Below, in pieces: positions 1 to 12,176 of a stretch of DNA of 44,238 nucleotides (the stretch's first letter is position 1; each line of letters opens with the position of its first letter). The translations under genes and the position numbers were made by a program. The stretch covers positions 1 to 44,238 of the forward strand of contig LWCA01000178.1 in assembly GCA_001642005.1 (NCBI GenBank), given 5' to 3'. The notes under the pieces were generated by a model. That model saw only the letters and a program-made list of their open reading frames with translations. It did not search any database and was not told the DNA's origin. The DNA is from Intoshia linei. Its lineage: Eukaryota > Animalia > Orthonectida.

Positions 1-100
1 ATGTAAAAATATTTCCGTAATATTGTAATTAAATAAAAAAAATAAAAAATATATTAATAAAATTTTCAAATTCTCGCGATCCCCCGGTTGAAAACCACTG
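1..100. mobile_element. Right end of a hAT (Buster/Charlie-type) element
   Basis: Ends GGTTGAAAACCACTG (reverse complement of CAGTGGTTTTCAACC). It is followed by GATTAGAG, which fits the NNNTANNN target pattern. The same terminus type occurs at 19805-19818. Confidence 0.6.
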
Positions 101-103
101 GAT

Positions 104-555
104 TAGAGCAACCATTGTCAATTTGTCGTTAAATACAGTAACTGTTTATCGACAAAAATGACATTTTTAATAAAATTTGCCATTTTGTATGAACTAAATG
201 GAATGTGAGCTATATTGACAATCATCTAACTACGCTGTACATTTAATTGCTTTTGCATCATGCATCATACAAATGTACAATGTACATTCTACATGATGCA
301 AACTATGTGTGATGCAAAAAAAATGCAAAAATTGTCATTAATTTTCACTACAATTTAATAATCAATACATTAAAATATATTTAAAATAGCCAGGAATTTG
401 CCAGTTGCTATCAAAATTGTTAAGTAAATAACTATTGTTAATTGACTACTTGTCAACCTCACAATTTTATATAAAATATAAAGCTTGCTTGCTTGGAATG
501 TTAAAGCAAGTTGTCATCAACTTGCTCTAAATTTAGTCAATTTTTGATTGCTCTA
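104..555. mobile_element. Non-autonomous TIR element (MITE, hAT-like)
   Basis: Inverted termini TAGAGCAACCA (104-114) and TGATTGCTCTA (545-555), 10/11 match. Internal TGCATCA/TGATGCA and TGTACA repeats. Confidence 0.5.
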
Positions 556-1166
556 GTTTGGATACATTTGCCTTTTACTTTCTGATAACTTAAATCAATC
601 ATAAAAAATCAGTGAAATTTCTATAAAAAAGTCTAAATTTTCCAAACAAAATTTTGATTATCCAGATAACTTAATTATCATGTACATTGTACAATTATTA
701 ACTTAAATTGTACCTACAGGAAAAAATAATAACCCTGTTGTGAACCGTTGGTAAATTGTATAAAATATTAATAATGTATTACATTTTTGGATTGTTATTA
801 CAAGTGTCGTTGAATATTAATCTTTTACAATCTATAAACATTTTAAATTGGGATAATTGATCTTTTATATACTAAAATACAAGTTTTAATTTAAATATTG
901 AAAGTCTTTGGTTATATTATTTAGGATAAGAATGAGCGTTCCATCACTTTAAATATTTTCTTTCTAACCGCAAAAATTCAATTTCTTTATTTTTCGGACT
1001 CACATTTTTTAAATAAATTTTACATATAAAAAGTTTTATCCGCTCTACTTATCATACATGCATAATATACATTGTATATACTAAATTCATCACTTTAAAA
1101 ATTAGAAAAATATGGGTAATAATAAAAGACTTGGAAACTTTATATTACCAAATACATACAAATAAA

Positions 1167-4100
1167 TTATAAAAGTAATACATCTGGTAATTTTTGTATG
1201 CCATCGCAAATATTTGTCAAAGTGGTAGATTTTTGTTGATCGAGAGCAACCTATAAAAAAAATATAAATATATAATTATAATAGATTAATAATAACCTTT
1301 CTATACATTCTTTGTAATTCATTGAGAGATTTAAACGATTTTTTAAGAAAATGCAAATCGTTGTCATTTTGATCAACCAACATGAATTCTTCAACTAATT
1401 GTACCTGGCTTTTTAAATATCGGAAGGGTTGTTGTAGCAAATTAAACACACTATATTTTAAAAATTGATATTTCAGATTTTAAGTGTCGAAAACCTTAAA
1501 AGAGAACCACATGCGACGTCCACTAGAGCTCTAAATTTAATGTTGTCTTCATATCGACGAAACAATAAATTTGTGCGGGTATTGTAATTTTTTATGTAAT
1601 TTTTGAAAATTTTATAGTCACAAATTATTGTACTATATAAATATTCTCCCATATTCGAATTTTCTTGCAAATTATCTTCGCAAATACATCTATCTGATTT
1701 TCTAAATAGATGAATTAAAAATTAAATTACAATTGTAATTAGATGAAACGTGAATTTAATAGTTCGTAAATGTCCGGAAATGTTAAAAATATCAAAATTT
1801 ACTTGTTCATTACTGATTAATAAACAAAGAAATATGAATACTTCTTACATTATATTTTCCTTCATTTTGATGATACTACCAAAAATATCGTTCAATACTG
1901 TTTCATTGATAATAACATCATTTTGCATGCAACAATTTTTAAGAGGTTTGTAGAGATTATCTTCAATAAATGTTAAGCTTTTTTTGTAGTTTCTCCGACA
2001 ATTTAAAAAACATTTTACCAAGTAACTTTTACGATTTACCTAAAAATACAATTATCACCAGAATACGTAATCAATTAAACGATGCAAATACTTTAATAAT
2101 ATGTGAAATAAAATTATTAATATAACTTTAAATACATGTTTTAATGTAACAATTAATAAACATTTACTTAAAAATTTGACGAATAAAAGTATGCTAACGC
2201 AAGTTGATTATTTTATTGTGAAATTATTTGTATGTAATAATGTAAAAGTTATATTATTTACCATAACATTACTTAAAAAAGAGGCGCAATATAGTCACAG
2301 GTAATATCTTATCTAAATAAACTAATGTTATATTATTGGATATTGCATATAATTTAAATTTTTATAACGACATGATGTCAATGATAAGTTAGGATTTATC
2401 AAAAAAAATTATTTCTAAATACACTTGTACCATAAATATTGGTATTTGTGTGGTTCAATTGTGAAGTATGCAGTATTTTCCTTAAAATAATTTGATGCGG
2501 CTATTATGAGGTATATTTTGCGGTTTATATTTTCGGTTATATATATATATATATACAGCATGTACTGTATACTAAAATGAATAACTATTATTCTTATTTA
2601 TAGATCAAATCACACTATAGTTCTGAAACATCATTCAAAGTTCGTGTTCGTGTTCCTGTTCAAATTAAATTTAGTTAAAGACTACTATTTAATGATAGTT
2701 ATTTATGAACATTTAGTTAGTTCTTCGAACCGTGTTCCAGAGATCTAGTATATTAACAGTTACCAGTCACTCTTAAACGTTAAATTCCACGGACCTTTCA
2801 CTCAACAATTTTAGCATACCCTTTAAAAATGTCTTCATTTAACAAGGTTGAGTAGTTTGTTGGATGATAATGTTAAATGTAACAAATACCCATATACCCT
2901 ATGACTTAGTGGTCCCCGGTTTAAGATACATTGTTATATATAATACTGTTTCGATTTTCATTTTTGTCATTGTTTTTCCGAAATTTGTATATCTTTTAAT
3001 ATCCGTTTTATTTTCGCTTTTTAAAATGGATTGGTCAACAAGATTATATAAAATTTTTTCAATTTTTAGAGTTAAATCAAATTTATTTTCTGCTAGATAG
3101 GTCATTTGTTTGTAATTTTTAGTGAATATTACATTCTAAAAAGATTGATTAATATTTTCAAACGGCAATGAAAAATATAATCTAAGCATTACCTTGCACA
3201 ATAATATACTAAAATAAGATTTTTGCTCAAAAAATCCAGAAGTAACTTCAAAATGAGATAACCAATTTAAAAAACATTCTCGTATATTTGATATCCATTT
3301 TTTTAATCTGAGTTTGTCCAGAAATATATTAATAACATCTGTTGAACATGTCCACTTGTATTCATCCACTAAAATAAAATACTTAAATACTTCATGTATA
3401 TATTATGCAAATAATATTTAATAATGCAATACAAGGCCAACCAGATTTTCTTTGGCTGCCACAAAAATAAAAGTTTAAGAATTTCACCCACATTCATAAT
3501 ATAATCAAGAAAGAACAATTATACTTTAATGGATATTTATTTTGTAATTCTCAAAAAAATATGTTCTTTTTTTCGACATCTGCATCAAAATATTTATATT
3601 ATTAATGAACTCTATTGGATATTTCATCGTCTCTAGCTTGACACGCTGTGCCATATGCTAGATTTTCCATTTTATAAGATAATTTAAATTTAAAAATTTT
3701 AATGGAATTAATTTGACATATGGAAAAAATAAATAAACATCCTTAGTGCTTCATATCCCCTTTTAATAAATAAAGGTTTTTACAATTTTAAAGATTTTTT
3801 TAAATATTACAAGATTCAAATGAAAAATTGATTGATACTGGCGTGACTACAGACAAATTGTGATTATTTTTAATTTGGTTAATGAGCAATTGTCCATCTT
3901 CTAAAAATAACTTTTTTAAAACGTACATAAATATATATAACACAACTTCAATACTTTTACTGATATTTAAACATACCACTATTTTGCAATGAATTAAAAA
4001 TGTAGATTTGTTTTTCATTGTAAATCAAACGACGTTTAACGGATTTTATAAATTGGTTTGTCTGATAATTGGAAATGGACAAATTGACATCATCGCATAA

Positions 4101-5684
4101 GAAAATAGAGCTACAAGATACTACTGGACAAAAAAACCCCATATTTCTGTAATGAATTAATTAACGCAATTAAAAATAAAAAATATTACAAACATCTATA
4201 ATTTCCTATGGTAGAATCGTATTTATCAAACAAAGAATGGATCGTCGTGTTGTGATGGTCATAACATATAACCAAAGTATTTTCATTTAAGGAATGTATC
4301 AACATCTATTTTTTATTTTATGGTAATATTAATACACATCTATCAAAAATATATATAAAAACCTCGTATGCCGGTATACAATTTGAAATAAACACTACAT
4401 TTTTATTGATAACAGGAATAGTAGTTGAACAATTTGAGCTAAACAGTATTTGAAATTATAGGGTTTTGCCGTTTTTAATGTGAATTAAATATTCCTTCTA
4501 ATAAAAAATGAAATGGCTAAAAAGATTTTTGTAAATTTTGAATTTCAAACATGTATTATTTACTGAGTTCTGCAATACGATCCGAAGCACGATTTCATGT
4601 AGAAATTTAAAATTTTATCATTCAGTGATAATTCAGAGAAATTTAACCCGAACAAAAATTTTAAAGCCGAATTCGATGCTCATGCTCGAGACCACCGAAA
4701 ATCAAAAATATCCAATAAAAAAACAATGTATAATGCTAAATAACTCCAGGGGTCTGGTGTCCAGATCAGATTCTGGACTTGACATTTTAAATATAATACA
4801 CAAAATAGTTATGATATTCATAAAAAATATTTTTTTTAAATGTTTAATGTAAAAAAACGAGGCCTCCATTTTACAAAAATTTCGTTGAGTCTCTTCTTAG
4901 GCTAAGAGGGTTCGGGTACCGTAGGTGCAGCTCAGCTTCGATCCGTTTTGCAGAACCCTATATGTATATTGCACATTATGTAGCTTTCGAATTTTTTAAA
5001 TTTTACATGGTAATAGTTTTGAAGTAAATGGAATCTGTTCTATGTATATTTGGCTTGTCCACGAGATTCTAAAAATTATTAATTAAAGTGTGTTTATAAG
5101 TATACATTGATCTTTAGTGTTTTTTGAATAGATTGAAAACATTTTTTATAATGATCCATCCAGTTGGAATCTTCATTTGAAGTAGGTTCATAATTTAAGA
5201 ACCAACCCCTATTTATACATTTATCTTTCCAAATTTCATTCTATTTAATAATTAAAATTTTCGCGTTTATTATACTACAGATTTAATATGCTTCCACCAT
5301 GTCCAACTAACCAACGATGCGTAACATAAAGATTTAGGGTCTAGGATTGATAGTATTTGTATGACAATTTTATTGGGTAAATAAGTAACGAAATCCAATC
5401 GTTTTCGTTTAAGTTTTTTTAATATTATAGATTCCAATACTTGTAATTCGTCGTTTGTAGAATTATCTACAATTGAATCGAAAAAGGTTTTTTTTCGACG
5501 TTTTGTCCAAGATTTATACTAATGTATATTAAAGTTGAATGATATTATTAAATTCACCCAAATATGTATGGTATCTTTTCGTCTGTTAAAAATCTAACAA
5601 TTCTAATTTAATTAAAATTTTTGTATCGTATACCGTATCGGTTTTACGAATTGAGTGGCCAAATGTATCCTTTCTTTTGTACAT
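1167..5684 (-). CDS. ECT2L: ECT2-like protein (FBXO49): N-terminal F-box, central domain and divergent DH/RhoGEF domain; multi-exon
   Basis: Hand-spliced GT-AG exons include 5684-5634, 5593-5558, 5518-~5279, 5240-5106, 5068-5007, 4438-4363, 4305-~4190, 4146-~3978, ~3901-3811, 3368-~3194, ~3135-2950, 2039-~1848, 1701-1495, 1450-1297 and 1250-1167. Translation IFNRRKDTIHIWYKSWTKRRK...DFVTYLPNKIVIQILSILDPKSLCYASLVSWTWW...IWKDKCINRGWFLNYEPTSNE...ISNCIPAYEMLIHS follows the ECT2L N-terminus and F-box motif by motif. LYKPLK...IINETVLNDIFGSI...MGEYL...LLQQPFRY corresponds to the DH domain. The start, the 2040-2950 junction and the 3' end (possible further PH exons) are uncertain. Confidence 0.85.
4459..4960. 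mobile_element. MITE within an ECT2L intron
   Basis: Terminal inverted repeats TAGGGTTTTGC and GCAGAACCCTA (10/11). It fills most of the 568-nt intron 4439-5006. No clear 8-bp TSD. Confidence 0.45.
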
Positions 5685-5917
5685 GTTACAAAAAATGGAA
5701 ATAATAGGTATATTATTAAATAGGTCGTATCCTTGATATAATTTGATTATTTAGGAACTTTGATCAATTAAATGAAGAAAATAAGGATATATGAAAGGTT
5801 CATTTAATTCTTTGTGTTCCAAATAAATAAACAATATTGTTGGTTATTCAGTACAAAATTAATAATTTTAAACATTTTTATAAAATAGAATATTACATAC
5901 GAGAGACAGTTTAAATC

Positions 5918-5990
5918 AGCGGTTCCCAAGTGGGTTTTGGAACCCCTAAGAGGTACCAGAAATTTGTTTTGGGGTACCAGCTCGTCTGAT
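5918..5990. mobile_element. Left end of a Buster/Charlie-type hAT element
   Basis: CAGCGGTTCCCAA terminus preceded by GTTTAAAT (NNNTANNN), with a GC-rich subterminal GGTACC/GGGGTACC. No matching right end found. Confidence 0.4.
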
Positions 5991-6369
5991 ACTATGACTC
6001 ATAAATTATAAATATTTTTTAAATTCTCAAAAATATTAATATACTTAGTTTCTTATGTATTTACGTTTATTTGATAGTCTGCGATTTTAAGGTTGTATAT
6101 TAAATATATAATTTACCATTTCAAAAATCCCACCACTAATAAAATTTAATCAAAAATACTATTGCAAACCCTCATGGAAAAATAGTCTTATACGATATTC
6201 TTTTGAAAAATCCACTTCATCAAACCACAAATAAAAACTCTAATTTTCCAGCCCTTAATGAAAAAATATCCTTTTTCCAATACTTTTTTTAAAAACCTCT
6301 TATTCTAATCACAAATTACTAACGCTTAAGGGAATTATCCTCTTTTTCCAATATTATTTTAAAAAATAT

Positions 6370-6746
6370 TATGAGTTGTTACGAACTGGAACGCTATCAT
6401 CAAGATTGTTAAAATTAAAGGAAACCCTTATGACCGTTCAACCTACGTCAACACAAAATGAAAGAAATTTTATTACAAAACGTAGAACGCGTTTAAAAGA
6501 CTAATCTATCAATATTGTGTGTTTTGAAACATTTTTTCAACAATCTAAAATAAATAAATTTTTTTCTAATTAAATTTGTAAATTTCAATTAAGATTCGTG
6601 TTATTTCATTAATTGTAAAGTTAATAAATATCTTAAAAAATTTTTAATGCTTCTATATTATATATGAATAAAAATTTTTTATTTTTCCCGGAAAATTTAA
6701 TTTTTAATTTCCCGGTTCTCGACTTTTGTCACAATCACAATCACTA
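6370..6746 (+). mobile_element. Decayed hAT transposase C-terminal (dimerisation domain) fragment and right terminus
   Basis: The frame from 6370 reads YELLRTGTLSSRLLKLKETLMTVQPTSTQNERNFITKRRTRLKD*SINIVCF, matching the hAT 'PTS..ER.FS...TK.R.RL' motif with an internal deletion and a stop. It ends ...CAATCACTA, a TAGTG-type TIR. Confidence 0.7.
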
Positions 6747-7183
6747 GTACCAACTGTGAAGTATGTTGGGAATATCTGAAATTATAATTATAATCATGTG
6801 AATCACTTATAAAACTGGGCAAAAGTTGAATTACCTCGATTATAAGTGTAAATATTCCACATTCTACAATTCTGCATGATGATCAACCACAATCTTTTCA
6901 AATAATTTATATAAGTATTTATATTTTTCGGGAAATACCAGGAAAAATTAAACCCATAAAATTTTCACGATTTCTAGACAATTTAGTATCGTATTTTCGA
7001 GAAGAATCATTGATATCACAATTCACCGAATGGAAAAAAGTTCAAAGACTAAAATATAATAAAGTATGAGATGCGAAACTGAATTATTTTAAAATATTCC
7101 AGATAAAAATAAATTTATGTTCAATGTCTGTTCTATATAAATTAATTCCATCAGGCAACAATTTGAGTAATATAAGAAAAATA

Positions 7184-10100
7184 ATGTCGACAATTCAACC
7201 TTTTGTTATTGAACCGACGACAAAACATACTGCCACGGTAAAAATTTACATATTTAACTAAACTGTAAGTAGGTATTTTTTCTGCACGGATTAGGAGATA
7301 GTGGGTATTGAAATATAATACATGTGATTATAATTATATAAAATTTATTTTAGTAATGGCTGGTGTGAATCTTTCAACAATACTATCAAAACTAATATGT
7401 CTTACATAAAATTTGTTTTTCCTAATGCGTAAGATTTACCTGTGTATACTTTACTTAGAATGGCCATTATGTCGAAAGATATTAAGACATTTAAACCAGT
7501 GTTTCCTAACCGTGATCATCGTAACTAGCCCACTGATGGGCCTTAAAAATTTCACGAATTTATTGGAATTAATAAAATTTTAGATTAATTTAACTAATTA
7601 ATACTAGCTTGACTGGTATGTACTTCGTACAAACAGCAGCTAAATATGTCGAGGGCCGAGTTTTTAATTCATGTTAAGTTTTTGAAGTTGTGATTCATGA
7701 TAATACTCATCATTTTAAAAACTAGACAGATTTATCCTAACTTATATAAAAGGCGACGCGATTTTTGTTTGTCTGTCTGTGTGTGTTTTACTTTAATGAA
7801 ATAACTAGCACTCTTAGAATTTTTTAAAGACCACATTTCAATTACAGTTTTTTCCGGGACGTATAATAAGATAAATTTCAACCTCCCAATTTCACATCTT
7901 AAGGGTCAAAAACCCCTGTTGTCCCTCCTTTTGAAAATTAAACGAGTTGGAGAATTTAAAAAAATATATACGCTGATGCGGATTTTAAAATCATAAACAT
8001 TATCATAAATTTAAAATTAAAAAAATATCTTCAGGGCCAACACTCCAAATTACCCTTCCTTTTTTTTGGAAAACAGCCCTAGAATTTCAAAAAATTTCAA
8101 TCCGAATAAGTGACGACTTCACGGTCAAAAAAGCAATTTAGTATTCATATATTTTTTTTCTGAAACATTTTATTAAAACAATAAATGTGAAATAATTAAC
8201 AGTCCGAAAATTAAAAAAAAGGATTATTCTGATAGAGCATATTCCAATTGATATAAATACAAAATTTCAACCCCAGAAATCTACGCATTCCCGATGAAAA
8301 ATAATTTTTAATATATTATCAACCAATATTTCGATTAAAATCAAAAATGTAAATATTGATTTTACAATTTCAAAAAAAATGTGGATTGTAACGTCTACAC
8401 ATTTCTAGTAAAGACATATGGGTGAAAATCTATATAATTCATTCCTATGAAATTTTTAAATTTCAAATTTTCATTTTCAAAAAATTTTGTAAACTTCAAT
8501 ATATTTATGACACTACAGCAAAGTAATATAAAATTAAATTTATACTAACTGAAACGTGTTATTTTTTTTATTGATAATTATTACAAATTTAACATATAAT
8601 GGTAAAAAGAAAAACTACATTCAGTAGCTAACAGTCCAAAACAATGAAAATGAGACGTCTCAATGAGTCTCAAAAAGAAAATGATATCCGAAATAGGTAA
8701 GACAACAATTGTTTTTTTAATTGATCATCATACTGTATTCATTCTGATGTACATTTAGGAAAATTTTCAGTAGACAATCCCTTTTTTTAATATCAAACAA
8801 TAAAAAAGGCCAAAAGTATAAACACATTTTTAACATTAATCATTTTTATATTACAATCCTTTGCACTAATAGTAAAATTTGACGGAAATATTTATAAAGT
8901 GAAGATTTAATTAATTATTGATACACAATTGGTATTTTTAAGTATTTATTAAATTGGTACTGAATATATGTCATCACATTGAAAATGACAATATGTTTTT
9001 ATAATTTTATTTTTTCTGGAATTTATGCTATTTATGACAATTTTTAGGATTAGACTGTTTTTACTTTATTTTTAATATTATACACACATTCTGTCTAATA
9101 AATTTAAAAAATGGGATAGCAATTGTTTTTAAAATGCTTTACGCAAATATTAACAAAACAAAATTAAGATGGAATAATTCACTTTAAAGTAAAAAGTAAT
9201 GTGATATAGGTTTCACCTGAACAAAATTTGGAACCACTCCTTTAAAAGATGGATAATAGTTAATAGTTAGATTTTCAACGTGAATTTATTTTTTTGGTAT
9301 AATAAAAGAGTGCCCTCGCAGCAGAGCTAGGTGCTGTTTGTACGTAGTACAAAACTGCCAAGCTAGTCTTTTATAAAATGCTGTTACTTTTTTAATTTAA
9401 AAAAAAACGGGTAATTTGGTGGATTGCCATGAAGATGTAAGTTTCTGAGGTTGAGACATATCAATAGTAATGTTTCTAAAACGTTTCTCAGAATTTATTT
9501 TCTTTAAAATTCTAGGACTGATTTGATTATTTATTAAAAAAAAAAGATAATTTGGGTTTTGACCTGAAATCTTTTTACTCAATTTCTGAAATAAAATTTA
9601 CGACAACGACTAGAAAATTTTGTATTACAAATGGGAGTTTTTAGAATTAAATGACTTCATTTTTTAACATTAACATTTAAACGGTAACAGACATTAAATT
9701 ATATGTAACTAAAGGATTCTCATGAGGCATACCTGATATCTAAAATCTGTAACAATCGTCAGAAAAAGTGATATCATTAATTTTATAAAATAAATATAAT
9801 TAACTCGACTTTCGACAATAAAACTTTTTGATTTGTAATTTATTAAAAAATTATAGTTTTTAGAAAAAAATAGTCAGAATTAATAATAGTTCTTGTTGAT
9901 TGAACTTTTATTTTAGCCCAAAAAAGAAATTAACCGGTAGATCAATTTTTTAATGGGACCTGGTATTTTTTAAGAGTGTAAGTGGGGTCTAGCATAAAAA
10001 AGGTGGGGGAACAACTGATCTATTCTTACATTAAATTTTTACAATTAAAACATACGCTTATGCCACACGGTTGTAAGTTGTATACGATTTAATTTTTAAT

Positions 10101-11104
10101 TTTAAAATTTTTGTGATTCTGGCCGTAAGGCAGGGTTTCCATTTTTTTTACAACAAACCGTAATTTCACATTCAATTATTTGCTGTCCACTTAAAATGTC
10201 ATTTTCCAATAATTTCTGCAGACCTGCAGTCGAGAACCGTTGACCTTAAAGATAATAATCAAGTTTAGTTTAGTTTTTTTAAAGTTGTACTTTAAAAAAT
10301 TAATTAATCGACAATACATTGTCAATTTAAACAGTTAATCTAAGTGGAATCATTTGTAAATAGATCAATAATAAATTTTTTTGAAAATATTGAAAAATTT
10401 CACATTTTTAAAGGCAACTCCCAAAAATGACAATTTGAAAGGATTTTCCTATTTTTGGATATATATTTTTTATATTTATATCTAGTTCACCAAAACCTGT
10501 CACATGTAATGGTGGAATGGTAATGCCATCATGGTTTGATATCTATTCGTTATCACCGTCTGGAAGAGATGACAAACAAGGAGTAGAAAGTTCATCAGAT
10601 TACCGTTAATTCATGAATTCTAATTTGACATATTTTAGTGATTTCTCTAGTGAAAAAAGAAGAAAATACTATCCCTGCAAATAGAATTATGCTTGGAGGG
10701 TTTTCTCAAGGCGGTGCTGTTTCAATTTATACGTGTTTCAAGAAAGCTAGAAACATACCATTTGCCGGTCTCATAGCGCTCAGTTGTTGGGTGCCCTGTA
10801 ATCAAGATTTTAAGCAGGTACAAGTAAATTTTCACATTGATGTAGCATTTATAGAAAGTAGAAAAATCAACAATCCCAACGTTAATGTGCTTTGGAGATT
10901 GTGACATTCTATTGCCACTGTCTTACGGGAAAATGAGCAATGACTTAATAAAAACCTTCAATCCAACAATAGAATTCAAATCATACGTAATGGGTCACGA
11001 AAGCTGTCCAGAGGTGATTTTGAAATTTATATTAATTAAAAAGAGTCTAGGAAATGTACGACGTAATTGAATTTATCGAGAAAACATTGCCCGCAATTAC
11101 ATAA
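7184..11104 (+). CDS. LYPLA1: Acyl-protein thioesterase 1/2 (lysophospholipase I/II), 223 aa, 7 exons
   Basis: Exons 7184-7237, 7273-7304, 7354-7428, 10486-10604, 10639-10817, 10855-11013 and 11051-11104 total 672 nt with consistent phases. Motifs: TATVFFLHGLGDSG, IKFVFPNA, VTCNGGMVMPSWFDI, GGFSQGGA (catalytic Ser), GDCDILLP (Asp), MGHESCPEE (His). LYPLA1 versus LYPLA2 cannot be resolved. Confidence 0.95.
7604..9716 (-). mobile_element. Non-autonomous Helitron-like element (about 480 bp net), interrupted by a second Helitron
   Basis: On the minus strand the 5' end is A|TCCTTTAGTTACATATAATTTAATGTCTG at 9716. The 3' end is the hairpin CTGTTTGTAC-GAA-GTACATACCAG followed by TCAAG-CTAG|T at 7604. 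No TSD. Confidence 0.7.
7735..9366 (+). mobile_element. Non-autonomous Helitron-like element, 1632 bp, both termini present
   Basis: The 5' end is A|TCCTAACTTATATAAA followed by a TGTC/TG microsatellite. The 3' end is the hairpin TTTGTAC-GTA-GTACAAA (9337-9353) then CTAG|T (9363-9367). The internal sequence recurs at 29455-31045, 32090-32525, 42180-42440 and 43560-43771. Confidence 0.8.
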
Positions 11105-12176
11105 TAGCTTTAATAAATATTTTGTAATTTGAAAAATCAATAAAACTGTCAATGTTAGTTATTTTATTTCGATTGAAATATATCATTGTTTCTCATTGAA
11201 ATGTTTCTAGGACAATTTTAAACTAAGAACAAAAATAGAGCTGCGGATTTGGTCTTGAATCCAATGCGATTTAATGGTTGCTACTTAAAATTTTAATTTA
11301 ATATTTTCAATAAGGCTGTCTACAATTTGCAGTAGAATTTGTTCACAAATGTGTACTCAAATGAGTTTCTAGTCATGGAGCTTCTATGTAGCCTTTTGTT
11401 TATTGATGAAATATGATGCTTGCATAAGTGCATATATAATTTGAATATTAAACTTCGCAAGAAAACTTTAAATTGTCAGTTTATACTTATTTAATTGTGA
11501 CAACACATTTCAAGACAATTGTCCTGTGATGGCTCGCTCATGTTACCAGCAATAATGGGACTTGATAATTTTTCGCAAAAATAAAATATAAGGTACCTCA
11601 TCTTATAGTCTGTATTTTTAACGTATCGGTGGACTTTTGAAACTATTACTACAGAAAAATCAGGTATATATTATTTTTCACGTACTCATTCTAAATTGTA
11701 TTTATCGCTTTTGTCCGATAATACACGTCGATTAAATGTTTTCTAAATTGTAATGGTAACTTTATTTTAATCACCAATTATCGCCTGAGCAAGTTTAAAA
11801 TAACTAAATATTTGTATTTCCGACCATACCAAATCTAGGAATATACGTAATTATTCATTTAAATTAGAAAGGTTACCTTAAAGTTTAAAGTTATCCATGA
11901 CCAGCACTGCTGAGTTACACGCTTAGTTTAATTTAGTTTATTGGACACTAGGACAATTTTATTTATAGTTTTAAAGTTTTATTTCGTTTTTTCTTGTTTT
12001 AACAAATTTTATGATTACACCATTTATTTCTTGCCCTCCTTCGAAGCAGACACATTGTATATTTATATTTATTTTTCTGTTTAAATAAATCTACTTTAGC
12101 AAGTTTTGTCGATATTGACAAACGATATTCGAAATCTCGAAGTGATTTGGACATATTATCCACTGTTTTTCAACCA

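Larger units (their letters stand above)
7498..10017 (-). mobile_element. hAT (Buster-type) MITE carrying nested Helitron-like elements, in LYPLA intron 3
   Basis: Termini CAGTGTTTCC (7498) and GGGAACAACTG (10017). Flanks ATTTAAAC and ATCTATTC form a degenerate 8-bp TSD with central TA. Both arms are homologous to 41154-41913. Confidence 0.7.

Noticed and set aside
1167-2039. Initial impression of an MO25/CAB39-like helical protein
   Set aside because: The motif order fits a DH domain, and the upstream exons on the same strand give the ECT2L F-box.
4538-4852. 104-aa plus-strand ORF
   Set aside because: It lies within an intronic MITE antisense to ECT2L and has no recognisable motif.
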